A stretch of DNA of 42,245 nt from Bacteroidales bacterium (GTDB taxonomy: Bacteria > Bacteroidota > Bacteroidia > Bacteroidales > CAIWKO01): positions 1 to 42,245 of the forward strand of contig DAOORA010000004.1 of NCBI GenBank assembly GCA_035389045.1, read 5' to 3'. The number at the start of each line of letters is the position of its first letter. Position 1 is the stretch's first letter. Below are positions 1 to 10,384 of this stretch, piece by piece. Made by a program: the position numbers and the translations under genes. Under the pieces are notes generated by a model. The model did not search any database. It was not told where the DNA came from and worked only from the letters and a program-made list of their open reading frames with translations.

Positions 1-85
1 CTAAAAAATCCATCATAAATCTTATGTAACATAAAATCAAAACAGTTTCTAAAATAACGGGAGTCACTGAATGATTCCCGTTTTT

Positions 86-661
86 TTATCGGGCGACCAG
101 AGTTTCTCCCGCAATATCTTCAGCAATTGCAATAATTTCAGCAAAGGTCAGTTCGTCTCTCTGGCGGCTTGCCTCATATAAGCGGTGCGAAAAGCTTATC
201 AGGCCGGGAGCTACTGCTAACCTCAAAAACCGCACCTTCAGGTTTCCGTGACCCAGCCTTACCCTGTCGAGCGCATCGGCATCTTTTAATATGGCAGCGA
301 CCAGGTAATGCGGATGTCTTTTGCTCAGGTCGAACCACTGAGAATGGTTTGAAACAGCAGTTTTAATAACATTTATATCCTCATCGTCCAGGCCATATCT
401 TTCAAATAGCGGAATAAAGAAAGGTATTTTTTCCCTTGCCGATCTGGGCCCATGCTTCATGCAAAAGCCGTCGTGCCTTCGCGCCATGTCATGTACAAAA
501 GCTGCACAAAAAGCAAGCAGCGTCTGATGTTCAAGATTCATTTTTTTTCCGAGCAACAGCACATAGCACATCACCCTGTAGGTATGCAACGTTCCATGAA
601 GTTCGCTCTGGCGCATAAAATAACCCGGCCTGATATCAAAGTCGGAAGGGATAATCAGCAT
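86..661 (-). CDS. HD-domain phosphohydrolase family protein
   Basis: Motifs HGTLHTYRV, FVHDMARRHDG, HG, LKDADALDRVR. Start placed at ATG 661 (MLIIPSDF) because the ORF-track extension to 973 crosses AT-rich and REP-containing DNA. Confidence 0.75.
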   Translation of the reverse strand: MLIIPSDFDIRPGYFMRQSELHGTLHTYRVMCYVLLLGKKMNLEHQTLLAFCAAFVHDMARRHDGFCMKHGPRSAREKIPFFIPLFERYGLDDEDINVIKTAVSNHSQWFDLSKRHPHYLVAAILKDADALDRVRLGHGNLKVRFLRLAVAPGLISFSHRLYEASRQRDELTFAEIIAIAEDIAGETLVAR

Positions 662-959
662 ACCTGCAAAATAACAAAAAAATAATGTACCGTGTGCATT
701 GCTGTTTAGAGTATTATTTCGGGTTAAATCTTTTTTTGAGGTGCTGACATTATGAAATGTACTTCTTTTAAAAATCAAATTGCCCGTTAGGGCATAAATA
801 TCCATTCCATAGAACATAAAGAATATCTGATTTTTTCCCCGCAGGCCTACCTGCCTCAGACAGGGAATGAACATCTGAATAATTCCATAAAAAATCAGGG
901 TTAATCCATTGGCAAAAAATGTAATGGTCATCACAATGAGTATCTCATTCTCACGTTTA

Positions 960-1023
960 TGTCCTACGGACAATAATTTATTCTTGATATGATCCTTCTA
1001 TTGATATTTAAGCCCTACGGGCT
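960..1023. repeat. REP-like palindrome doublet
   Basis: TGTCC-TAC-GGACA (960-972) and AGCCC-TAC-GGGCT (1011-1023). The second is preceded by TTCTATTGATATTT, like the doublet at 7689-7833. Confidence 0.6.
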
Positions 1024-1144
1024 AAGGGTAATAAGATTTTTATATGAATCAAAATACCATATTTAAGGAGAGAATCCGGACTGGCATCTCAAAAAAAGAA
1101 ATTGCCTAATTCATCAATTAAAGCGTTATATCATTTATTCTTAT

Positions 1145-1152
1145 TACTTTTG
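1145..1152 (+). promoter_or_regulatory. Bacteroidota sigma-A -7 box
   Basis: TACTTTTG matches TAnnTTTG, ~45 bp upstream of the FKBP start. Confidence 0.55.
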
Positions 1153-1196
1153 AGCCAAAATTTATTACTATCATTCATTATTAATTTGTAATTGCT

Positions 1197-1895
1197 ATGA
1201 AAAAAATTATTGTATTGGTTTGCCTGCTACCCTTTTGCTTTTGTGTTACAGCGCAAACAAAAATAAAATTAAAAACCAAATCAGATTCTGCAGCATATGC
1301 TCTTGGCTGCAATATCGGAGCCAACCTCAAGAAAAACCTTGACACGGACTCGCTTAATTTTGACCTGGATGTGCTCACACAAGGTATAAGAGATGCACTC
1401 AACGGTCCCGGCAAAACACTTTTTTCGGATGAAACCAACCAGAAAGTGATGGCACAGTTCCGTAAAGAAATGGAAGCAAAACAGTCAAAGAAAACAGCCC
1501 AGAATGCACAGGCCGTCAAGGCTGCCGGAATGCAATTCCTGGAAGAAAACAAGAGCAAACCCGGTATTATTACCACTCCTTCGGGCATGCAATACCGCGT
1601 TATAAAAGAAGGCGAAGGCGCCTCACCCAGCCCAACCAGCTCTGTTACCGTTAATTACGAAGGCAAATTTATTGATGGAAAAGTTTTCGATTCATCCTAT
1701 GAACGCAATCAACCTGCAGATTTTCCCCTCAACGGCGTCATCAAGGGATTTTCAGAAGCTCTGCTCCTTATGAAAGAAGGCAGTATTTATGAGATTTTCC
1801 TTCCCTCCGATCTCGCATACGGCGACATGGGAAATCAGGGAATACCGGGCGGTTCCACGCTGATCTTCAAAATTGAACTGATCAAGGTGAAATAA
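1197..1895 (+). CDS. FKBP-type peptidyl-prolyl cis-trans isomerase (FkpA/FklB-like), signal peptide
   Basis: N-terminal dimerisation domain (SAAYALG), then VTVNYEGKFIDGKVFDSSY, VIKGF, LAYG, IPGGSTLIFKIEL. Confidence 0.95.
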   Translation: MKKIIVLVCLLPFCFCVTAQTKIKLKTKSDSAAYALGCNIGANLKKNLDTDSLNFDLDVLTQGIRDALNGPGKTLFSDETNQKVMAQFRKEMEAKQSKKTAQNAQAVKAAGMQFLEENKSKPGIITTPSGMQYRVIKEGEGASPSPTSSVTVNYEGKFIDGKVFDSSYERNQPADFPLNGVIKGFSEALLLMKEGSIYEIFLPSDLAYGDMGNQGIPGGSTLIFKIELIKVK

Positions 1896-1956
1896 AGCGT
1901 ACGGGCTGTTTTACAGTGTTAAGATTCCATTCCAAGCGCTTGAGAAATCCAGGACA

Positions 1957-3192
1957 ATGCATAACATATTTATAATCCTGGTTTTTTGTATTGTATTATT
2001 TTCCGCTGAAGCAAAAGCCCAGGTATATGGCTGCACAGATCCTTTAGCCTCAAACTATAACGTCACGGCCACTGTAAACGACGGAAGCTGCATTTATAAT
2101 AACACATCGGTTGCACCGGTGACTTCCAAGCTGTTGTCTCCGCAAATTTCGGAAACCTCAGGACTGATTTTCTGGAACAACTATTTGTGGACACATAATG
2201 ACAACACCGATACGAATTTATATGTTTTAGATACCACAACCGGAGCTATAGTTCAGACTTATCCTGTTTATGGTTTTGAAAACACCGACTGGGAAGATAT
2301 TTCACAGGATGACCACTACATTTATATCGGAGATTTTGGTAATAACGCCAATGGAAACCGGACCGACCTCAGGATCATCCGTATTGAAAAAAATTCTCTC
2401 CTACAGAACATTACCGTAGCCGATACCATTAATTTTTCATACTCCAACCAGACCAACTTCATCCCCGCCGGTAGCTGCAACACTGATTTTGACTGCGAAG
2501 CATTCATTGTTACTTCAGACAGTATTTTTTTGTTTACCAAACAGTGGATCAGCAATCAAACGAGTATATATGCGCTGCCCAAAACACCGGGTACTTACAT
2601 TGCACAACTGCAAGCAACAAACAATGTAGACGGTCTGATAACAGGCGCCACCTGCCTTCAACCGGAAAAACTGGTGGTTTTATGCGGCTACAGCACTACC
2701 CTGCAACCTTTTGCCTTGCTGCTGTATGACTTTAACGGAAATGATTTTTTCAGCGGAAACAAAAGAAAAATATCCATCTCATTGCCTTTACACCAGATTG
2801 AAGGAATCACCACCAACAACGGTTTATTTTATTATTTCTCCAACGAATATTTTTCACGTATGAAGATAATCGCCACCGAGCAAAAATTGCATTTAATTGA
2901 CCTCAGTCCCTATCTTGGTGATTATTTGAATTATCCGGCAACTTATGGCAGCAAAACTGAATTTTCTGATGATGTTGCCATATATCCTAATCCTGGAAAA
3001 GATGTTATTTCTGTCAAAATCAACACCTCAAAAACAGAAAAAAACTATTTCATTTCCGATATTTCAGGAAAAATAGTATTGTCGGGAATATTAGAAAGTG
3101 ACAGCAGTAATATTCATGTAAATAAACTCAAAAAAGGCACGTATTTTTTGCAAGTGGGCCATAAAGATGTGTTTAAGTGGATCAAGGAATGA
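1957..3192 (+). CDS. Secreted T9SS cargo protein, probable beta-propeller with one GCTD repeat
   Basis: Signal peptide; GCTDPLASNY...DGSC repeat; ETSGL/WTHND/DWEDI/IGDFGNN/DCEA motifs; C-terminal IYPNP...ISDISGK...KGTYFL domain. Confidence 0.8.
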   Translation: MHNIFIILVFCIVLFSAEAKAQVYGCTDPLASNYNVTATVNDGSCIYNNTSVAPVTSKLLSPQISETSGLIFWNNYLWTHNDNTDTNLYVLDTTTGAIVQTYPVYGFENTDWEDISQDDHYIYIGDFGNNANGNRTDLRIIRIEKNSLLQNITVADTINFSYSNQTNFIPAGSCNTDFDCEAFIVTSDSIFLFTKQWISNQTSIYALPKTPGTYIAQLQATNNVDGLITGATCLQPEKLVVLCGYSTTLQPFALLLYDFNGNDFFSGNKRKISISLPLHQIEGITTNNGLFYYFSNEYFSRMKIIATEQKLHLIDLSPYLGDYLNYPATYGSKTEFSDDVAIYPNPGKDVISVKINTSKTEKNYFISDISGKIVLSGILESDSSNIHVNKLKKGTYFLQVGHKDVFKWIKE

Positions 3193-3255
3193 CCGTATTA
3201 CCGGCTGTTGTGAATTGATAGCGATCAAATTTTAGTAAATCATTATATCTTTAAT

Positions 3256-5457
3256 ATGAATAATATGAAATCAAGTCTCAGAATATTACTTTTTCTCATT
3301 GTTTTTTTTCCGGTAGTTGCTTATAATCAGACGTATTCGCCTGTTACGCTGGAGGATCTGTGGATCAACTATACTTTTTATCCTGAAAGGGCCGATGAAA
3401 TCATTCCTTTGAAAGACGGGGAGCATTACCTTATCATGACTGACGAGTATACTATTGATAAGTATTCATATACCAGCCCGGCAAAACAGGCTGGTGTGGT
3501 AAGCAAGGATATGCTCATACCTGTTGCCGGCAATACGGCGTTAAAAATTGAATCCTTCAGACTAAACGATTCGGAAACGGCTGTTTTGCTCCAGACTGAT
3601 GCAGAAGCTGTCTATCGCCATTCAGAAATATCATGGTATTACGTGCTTGACCTAATAACAAAAAAACTCACTTCTGTTTCAGATATAAAAAAGCAACGGC
3701 TGGCAGAGATATCACCTGACGGGTCAAAAGTGGCCTATATTATTGACAACAACCTTTATTTTAAAGACCTGGCGACCGGCAAAGAAACACAGATCACCTA
3801 CGACGGGCTTATCAACAATATCATCAACGGAACAACAGACTGGGTGTATGAGGAAGAATTCAGTTTTACCCAGGCCTTTTTCTGGTCGCCCGACAGCAAA
3901 AAAATCGCTTTTATGCGTTTCGACGAAAGCAGCGTAAAAGAATACCAGATGACCAGCTACGGTGAGCTATATCCCGAACAATACAAATATAAATATCCGG
4001 TAGCCGGCGAAGATAATTCGGTGGTATCTGTGCTTGTTTATGATCTGAGCAACCCGTCAAAGGCTCAAACCCGGGTGATGGATGTCGGCGCAGAAACCGA
4101 CCAGTACATACCCCGCCTATGCTGGACAAAAAATCCAGAAACTCTTGCCATCTTCCGGATGAACCGTCCGCAGAACAAACTTGAGATCCTGCTGGCCGAT
4201 GCATCAAGCGGTAACAGCAGGGTTTTCCTGACACAGGAAAACAAATATTATATCGAAATAACCGATGATTACCGTTTTCTGGACGATGGCAAACACTTCA
4301 TGATCATGAGTGAACTGGACGGATACAGTCATATTCACCTGTACGACCTCAGCGGCAAACATGTAAGACAGATTACCCGCGGCAACTGGGATGTGATCAG
4401 TATCAACGGAATTGATAAACAAAACCAAACTATTTATTATATCTCGGCTGAAAGCAAACCATACAACCGCGATCTGTGCAGCATAAAATTTGACGGAAGC
4501 GGTAAGAAAAGGATTTTCAATACTGAAGGCACCTATAATGCTTTGTTTAACAAGAATTTCCGATATTTTACCGCTACATTCAGCGACGGCAACACCCCTG
4601 CCCGTACTGCCATATATGACCATAAGGGCAAGGAACTGCAAACATTGATTGACAATCACAAACTGATTGAAAAGACCAGAGAGCATGGCTTTACAAAAAA
4701 GGAGTTTTTTACGTTTTCCACGCCCGAAAATGTGAGTCTGTCCGGCTACATGATAAAACCTCCCGATTTTGATGCCAATAAGAAATACCCTGTGCTGATG
4801 AACGTTTATGGCGGTCCCAACGCCCAATATGCGCTTAACCGGTGGGATGTTTATGATATGGTATGGTACCAGCTCCTGGCACAAAATGGTTATATCATCG
4901 TTTGCGTGGACGGCCGCGGCACCGGCTCAAAAGGTGAGCAATTCCGTAAATGTACCTATTTGGAATTGGGCAAACTCGAAACGGAAGACCAGATAGCCAC
5001 TTCGAAATACCTCGCTGCTCTTCCGTATGTTGATCCACAACGCATTGGCATCTGGGGCTGGAGTTATGGCGGTTTTGTTACAGCCTTATGCATGACAAAA
5101 GGCGCCGGTAATTTTAAAACCGGTATTGCCGTGGCACCGGTTACCAACTGGCGAAACTATGATAATATTTACACCGAGCGCTATATGCGTAAACCACAGG
5201 ACAATGCCTCCGGCTATGACGAGAACTCTCCCGTGAAATTTGCTAAGAATCTGAAAGGCAAATTGCTTATCATACATGGTGTGTCCGACGATAATGTACA
5301 CGTTCAGAACACCATGGAATTTGTCGATGCATTGGTAAAAGCCAACAGGCAATTCGAGATGCAGTTATATCCCAATAAAAACCATGGTATTTATGGCGGG
5401 TACACCCGTTATCACCTGTATAAAAGGATGACGGATTTTATTCTGGAGAATCTTTAG
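3256..5457 (+). CDS. Dipeptidyl peptidase IV (S9B family)
   Basis: DWVYEEE motif, GWSYGG nucleophile, DDNVH and catalytic His (NHGI); signal peptide. Confidence 0.95.
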   Translation: MNNMKSSLRILLFLIVFFPVVAYNQTYSPVTLEDLWINYTFYPERADEIIPLKDGEHYLIMTDEYTIDKYSYTSPAKQAGVVSKDMLIPVAGNTALKIESFRLNDSETAVLLQTDAEAVYRHSEISWYYVLDLITKKLTSVSDIKKQRLAEISPDGSKVAYIIDNNLYFKDLATGKETQITYDGLINNIINGTTDWVYEEEFSFTQAFFWSPDSKKIAFMRFDESSVKEYQMTSYGELYPEQYKYKYPVAGEDNSVVSVLVYDLSNPSKAQTRVMDVGAETDQYIPRLCWTKNPETLAIFRMNRPQNKLEILLADASSGNSRVFLTQENKYYIEITDDYRFLDDGKHFMIMSELDGYSHIHLYDLSGKHVRQITRGNWDVISINGIDKQNQTIYYISAESKPYNRDLCSIKFDGSGKKRIFNTEGTYNALFNKNFRYFTATFSDGNTPARTAIYDHKGKELQTLIDNHKLIEKTREHGFTKKEFFTFSTPENVSLSGYMIKPPDFDANKKYPVLMNVYGGPNAQYALNRWDVYDMVWYQLLAQNGYIIVCVDGRGTGSKGEQFRKCTYLELGKLETEDQIATSKYLAALPYVDPQRIGIWGWSYGGFVTALCMTKGAGNFKTGIAVAPVTNWRNYDNIYTERYMRKPQDNASGYDENSPVKFAKNLKGKLLIIHGVSDDNVHVQNTMEFVDALVKANRQFEMQLYPNKNHGIYGGYTRYHLYKRMTDFILENL

Positions 5458-5680
5458 GAAGAATTTCATCAAAGTTATACGCGTCTTTTTTCTCAAAGCA
5501 TCTGATTTTATTTTTTCTTGCGTATTCAGCAACTTCGTACTCAATTTTTTCTTCGCTGACCATCAGAAATTGTTTTGATCCGCCGGGGCGGAAATCTTTT
5601 CATATCTTTATGCATCTTTTAAGTCAGCAGCAACAAATTGCTGTTTTACCAAATGTTTACGAATTACTATACAAAAGATT

Positions 5681-7540
5681 TTAGTCCTCAATTTTTGCCT
5701 TGCCCGGCCAGAGAAGTTTTTTATACTTCAACGACGGCGATTCGATAAATTCGCCTAAGCCAAGCCCGGGCCATTTTTCATCCACCGCTTTTATGGTGTC
5801 ATCATTTGAAACAATCACGTTGGGCCACGGCCGGTCGAAGCCATCAAATTCTTTGGTTTTATGGGTACCGTCAACGATCAAAATCCCTTCATGAATAAAA
5901 ACATCCCTCGCCGGGTCCATATTGTTCAGCACCAGCCATGCCACGTCTTTCAGGTCATACACATCAACCTGCATATCAACAAAAACAAGGCATTTGACTC
6001 CTGATATCAACTTTTTTTCAAAAAGTGTTTTGACCGTTTCCTTAAGTTTGTTTTTCCCGTTTTTTTCAAAAGAAATGATCACCAACGAAATAGTTTCAGA
6101 CGGCAAGGAGTCATTTACCTGTTTTATTTCAGGTATTTCTTTTAATATTTTCTCTGTCTCAATGATCATAGGCATTTTACCGGCATGAGCTTCCCCGGTG
6201 GCATCGATGCCGATCTTTCCGCTATAGGCATATTTTTCAGCAGCATGGTCAAGAATATCAGCCGGCCCCTTAGAGTAAATCATATTCTGATTTAAATTCA
6301 CTCTTCCGGAAATCTCCCGTGCTATTTCTTTGTAATTGAAAATGTCTGTATGTTCATCAACAGCTATGATCAACTTGGCAAACATCATCTGTCCTGCTCC
6401 CCACAAGCCGTTTATGATCTTTTCCGCCTGTCCGTCGTACTGTTTTTTAATTTTTATGATGACAAGATTATGCATCACCCCTTCTACCGGCATGTGCATA
6501 TCAATAATTTCGGGTTGCATCGTCAGGCGGATCGGGCTTAAAAAAATCCGTTCGGTGGCCTTGCCTATCCAGGCATCTTCCTGTGGCGGAATACCAACAA
6601 TAGTAGCAGGATATACGGCATTTTTACGATGTGTGATGCAGGTGATATGAAAACGCGGAAACTCATCCTGCAACGAATAAAACCCGGTATGATCGCCAAA
6701 AGGTCCTTCAGCAATAAGTTCTTCCGAAGTGTCAATATACCCTTCGATCACAAAATCCACATCTTCAGGTACTTCCAGGTCGTTGGTCAGGCATTTGACC
6801 AGGCTTACTTTTTTCTTACGCAAAAAACCGGCGAATATGTATTCGTCAATACCATCGGGCAGCGGCGCTGTTGCAACATAAGTATACACCGGGTCGCCGC
6901 CCAGGGTAACGCTCACCGGCATCCTTTTTCCAAGTTTTTTATATTCGTTGTAATGCCGAGCCGAATTTTTATGCAGATGCCAGTGCATACCCGTCAGGTC
7001 AGGCCCAAAAACCTGCATACGGTACATCCCCACATTACGGGCTCCCGTATTGGGATCTACGGTATGTACGACAGGCAGTGTGATAAATGGACCACCGTCG
7101 TGAGGCCAGCAGGTAAGCACAGGCAGACGGCTCAGGTCGGGAACCGGCATCACGGTTTCCTGGCAGGCTCCTCTATGGCTGACACTGCGGGGCATCCACG
7201 AAGCGAGTTCATTCAGAAAAGGTAAAAGTTTCAGTTTATCAATAAAGCCTGTTTTTGCTGAAATGACTTTTTTGAACATTGTTTCGATGTCTCTGGAAAT
7301 TTCATCCAGGCCGGACACACCCAAAGCGAGACATATTCTTTTATCAGACCCGAATGCATTGATCAGCAGCGGAAAATCCGTACCGTTATTCCTGAACAAC
7401 AGGGCTTTACCCTGATTTTTAACTACCCTGTCGGTTATTTCAGCAATTTCATATTCAGGAGAAACAAATTCATTCACCACGGCCAATTCACCAGCCGTTT
7501 CAAGCAGATGGATAAAATCGCCAAGGCACTTGTAAGTCAT
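5681..7540 (-). CDS. UbiD-family prFMN-dependent decarboxylase (menaquinone biosynthesis decarboxylase, MqnL-like)
   Basis: RNVGMYRMQ, EGPFGDHTGFY, YPATIVGIPPQED, LWGAGQMMFAK; duplicated C-terminal domain. ATG 7540 preferred over the upstream TTG. Confidence 0.88.
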   Translation of the reverse strand: MTYKCLGDFIHLLETAGELAVVNEFVSPEYEIAEITDRVVKNQGKALLFRNNGTDFPLLINAFGSDKRICLALGVSGLDEISRDIETMFKKVISAKTGFIDKLKLLPFLNELASWMPRSVSHRGACQETVMPVPDLSRLPVLTCWPHDGGPFITLPVVHTVDPNTGARNVGMYRMQVFGPDLTGMHWHLHKNSARHYNEYKKLGKRMPVSVTLGGDPVYTYVATAPLPDGIDEYIFAGFLRKKKVSLVKCLTNDLEVPEDVDFVIEGYIDTSEELIAEGPFGDHTGFYSLQDEFPRFHITCITHRKNAVYPATIVGIPPQEDAWIGKATERIFLSPIRLTMQPEIIDMHMPVEGVMHNLVIIKIKKQYDGQAEKIINGLWGAGQMMFAKLIIAVDEHTDIFNYKEIAREISGRVNLNQNMIYSKGPADILDHAAEKYAYSGKIGIDATGEAHAGKMPMIIETEKILKEIPEIKQVNDSLPSETISLVIISFEKNGKNKLKETVKTLFEKKLISGVKCLVFVDMQVDVYDLKDVAWLVLNNMDPARDVFIHEGILIVDGTHKTKEFDGFDRPWPNVIVSNDDTIKAVDEKWPGLGLGEFIESPSLKYKKLLWPGKAKIED

Positions 7541-7688
7541 AAAATCTGTTTTAGAAACTCGGTAAGACAAATGTAATCAATAAAACTTTCTTAAGGATCA
7601 ACCTTTTTTTGCTTCGTTTTAAATACCTATCAGATGACACTATTGTCCGGCAAAATATTTTGCACATGTTACTGCTTTGTTGAATCAC

Positions 7689-7833
7689 GTCCCTGACGGG
7701 ACTTGTTTATGGGCACCTTTAAAAACTTCAAATTTTTTCGTTCGTCTTCGTTCTTCAAATCCTTTCGTCCGGCAGGCTCAGCACAGGCATATACGCATAG
7801 TTTCTACAAATATTTTGTCCCTAACAGGACAAA
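7689..7833. repeat. REP-like doublet interrupted by a MITE-like fragment
   Basis: GTCCC-TGAC-GGGAC (7689-7702) and TTTGTCC-CTAACA-GGACAAA (7814-7833) enclose 7711-7800, of which 7715-7800 is an inverted copy of 29761-29846. Confidence 0.75.
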
Positions 7834-7967
7834 TTAATGATTACTAAAAATTGGAATACAACTTTTTGCATTGTTTTCAATCACATATCAGATAAACGTA
7901 ATTAAAAATAAATTTTATCTTGCTTTGCGGATTTTCGATATTAACTTTGTCTAAAACTTAAAAAATC

Positions 7968-8468
7968 ATGAAAACACTAAAACTATTAGTTGCGCTGCTC
8001 ATCATTGCAGCTGTAGCAACTTCATGCGAAAAAGAAGCAGGGCCTGCAGGACCGGCAGGTACAAACGGTACCAATGGCAATGCCAATGTTACGGTATATG
8101 GATTTAGCGGGCACACCTTTTCTTCCCTCCTCCCGGGAACACAATATACGCTCCCGATATCCGGCGGAATGGCAGATTCTTCATTGATATTACCCTATTA
8201 TCACATATCGGATTATTGGTATCAGATGGGCGAGATCGGTTATGGGGCCAATTTTGCATCCAGGTATTTTATTGAACCACTCCCCACAGTTACCTACCTG
8301 CGGATTGATATCAAAAATGTTGATGGATCAAATTATACCGGCGGGGATATTACCTGGGATTCTATCAGAGTTTTTGTTATTCCTGCAAATATTTTCAGGA
8401 GTGCACGGTTGGATAACATTGATTTTAAAAATCATGGTGAAGTATCTGCTTATTTTGATGAAAGATAG
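7968..8468 (+). CDS. Lipoprotein with short collagen-like Gly-X-Y repeat (paralog 1)
   Basis: Lipobox ATSC-EKE, GPAGPAGTNGTNGNAN; own TAACTTTG box at 7942-7949. Confidence 0.85.
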   Translation: MKTLKLLVALLIIAAVATSCEKEAGPAGPAGTNGTNGNANVTVYGFSGHTFSSLLPGTQYTLPISGGMADSSLILPYYHISDYWYQMGEIGYGANFASRYFIEPLPTVTYLRIDIKNVDGSNYTGGDITWDSIRVFVIPANIFRSARLDNIDFKNHGEVSAYFDER

Positions 8469-8576
8469 ATTTTTATCTGAATTAAGATTTAAAGTCCTCA
8501 TCAAAAAGGCAGCCTTATTTTTTTGTTAAAAATTTGTTTTCATTTATTATTTTTGTATAAATCTAAAAAAATAATT

Positions 8577-9086
8577 ATGAAAACATTAAACCTATTAATT
8601 GCGCTGCTCATCATTGCAGCTGTAGCAAGTTCATGCGAAAAAGAAACCGGTCCGGCCGGCCCTGCAGGCCCTGCGGGCACTAAAGGTGCCAATGGCAACG
8701 CCAATGTATCGGTTTTTGGTTTTGGGGAACAAACATTTACCACCATCGCCCATAGTCATTTTTACAACCTCCCGATATCTGATGGAATGGCAGACTCCTC
8801 TTTGATATTACCATATTATGCGGATGGTAACTTTTGGTTTCAAGCAGGAGAAATAGGACATAGTGCTAATTATCTTACAAGATATTACATCGCGCCTTAC
8901 GCGACTTATTCAAATCTTTGGATTAAGATTTTAGATGTTGACGGATCCGACTATTCCGGTTCTGATATCACATGGGATTCCGTTAGGGTATTTGTTATTC
9001 CGGCCAATATTTTCAGAAGTGCACAGATGGATAACATTGATTTTAAAAATCAAAACGAAGTATCTGCATATTTTGATGCAAGGTAG
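8577..9086 (+). CDS. Lipoprotein with short collagen-like Gly-X-Y repeat (paralog 2)
   Basis: Start set by alignment to paralog 1 (MKTLNLLIALL); ASSC-EKE, GPAGPAGPAGTKGANGNAN. Confidence 0.85.
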   Translation: MKTLNLLIALLIIAAVASSCEKETGPAGPAGPAGTKGANGNANVSVFGFGEQTFTTIAHSHFYNLPISDGMADSSLILPYYADGNFWFQAGEIGHSANYLTRYYIAPYATYSNLWIKILDVDGSDYSGSDITWDSVRVFVIPANIFRSAQMDNIDFKNQNEVSAYFDAR

Positions 9087-9221
9087 ACCAGTTCCAGAAT
9101 CAATAGAGACTTTTAGAAATTCATACCAATCCCGTCAAAAAGATCATCGGGATATATTCAGATGTTTGGATTGATTATTTCAAGTTGTAACAATACCGGT
9201 AAGAAGAAATTTTCAGGATAA

Positions 9222-10061
9222 TTACCTGACAATGCTTATCTTGCTTTTCATATAACCATCCGGTGTTGTTGCACCGAGGATGTAGATTCCTTCTGAGAGA
9301 CCGGATACATCAATACTTCCATCGGTACCGCCGATATGTTTGCTCAACACGATCTGCCCGGTGGCGTTAAACAGATCCACCCGTCCCGGTTTCTGCGCCG
9401 TATGTATGTATACAACATCACTAACCGGGTTGGGATAAATATTGATGCTCATATTATCCATGGTAGACCCGGTACCCAGATAGTTGTCCTCCACAACCAC
9501 ATCGTCGAAACCGAATTCACCGCCATTTTGTCCGTAGAGAAAAAAAGCAATTTTCACCGTTGCAGCATTAATACAGTTAGGTGGCAGGTCAATGATCTCC
9601 TGTTTCCAAGTGAATTGTTGCCAGCTGTTCGTATCCATCTCTTCATTAAAAATATTTGTCCAGCCTGAACCATCATCAGGTCTTGAATGTACAGTGAAGT
9701 TCACATTATTGTTTGGAGGCAGAGAATGATATCTGTCGCCGCTCCACCAGAAAGAAAAAGTCGGATGAACGGTTCCGGTAAGGTTAATATAGCCGGTAAT
9801 AAGCCATTCATCCTGCATTCCCATGGCAAAATCCGGATTTATTCTGATATACTGCGATCCGGAATGTGCGCCCACCGCACATACAGCCCAAGTCTGGTTG
9901 AGATTGGTCTGCAAAAGGTTCCAGCCATGCATATTCCCGGGTATCGCAAAAGTTTCAAAATCTTCATAAAATAAATTGACTTTCAGCCCTGAAGTAGTCT
10001 GTTGTGAAAATCCTAAAACCGTTGCTGATATCAGCAAAAAACAAAGGGTAATTTTTTTCAT
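9222..10061 (-). CDS. Secreted T9SS cargo protein with cleaved-adhesin/MAM-like domain
   Basis: Signal peptide, YEDFE...GW...QDEWLIT...FDDVVV, C-terminal IYPNPVSD...GLSEGIY. Confidence 0.8.
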   Translation of the reverse strand: MKKITLCFLLISATVLGFSQQTTSGLKVNLFYEDFETFAIPGNMHGWNLLQTNLNQTWAVCAVGAHSGSQYIRINPDFAMGMQDEWLITGYINLTGTVHPTFSFWWSGDRYHSLPPNNNVNFTVHSRPDDGSGWTNIFNEEMDTNSWQQFTWKQEIIDLPPNCINAATVKIAFFLYGQNGGEFGFDDVVVEDNYLGTGSTMDNMSINIYPNPVSDVVYIHTAQKPGRVDLFNATGQIVLSKHIGGTDGSIDVSGLSEGIYILGATTPDGYMKSKISIVR

Positions 10062-10384
10062 GTGTGTAAGTTTTTGATCAATAAGAATAGTTTATGTTGG
10101 TATGTTTCAATTTATGGATATTTTGAAATATCCATAAATATTGACATAAAAATACATTTTTTTCCCATTGAAATAATTTTAAAAAATTTTTTATATAAAT
10201 ATCAAACCAATATCAATTTGTCTACTACAAAGGTAAATGTACGTCAAGTCCGAAAAAAAACACCCGGGAAAAATAAGAAATTGTTTCTAAAAATCATACT
10301 AAAAAATGCCGGTAATAAGATGTTTTCAAAATTTCTCGTTTTATTTTCATATTTTTGTACATAATTATTTTAAAAACACTATTT

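Noticed and set aside
662..973. N-terminal extension of the HD protein
   Set aside because: Low-complexity translation of AT-rich and repeat DNA.
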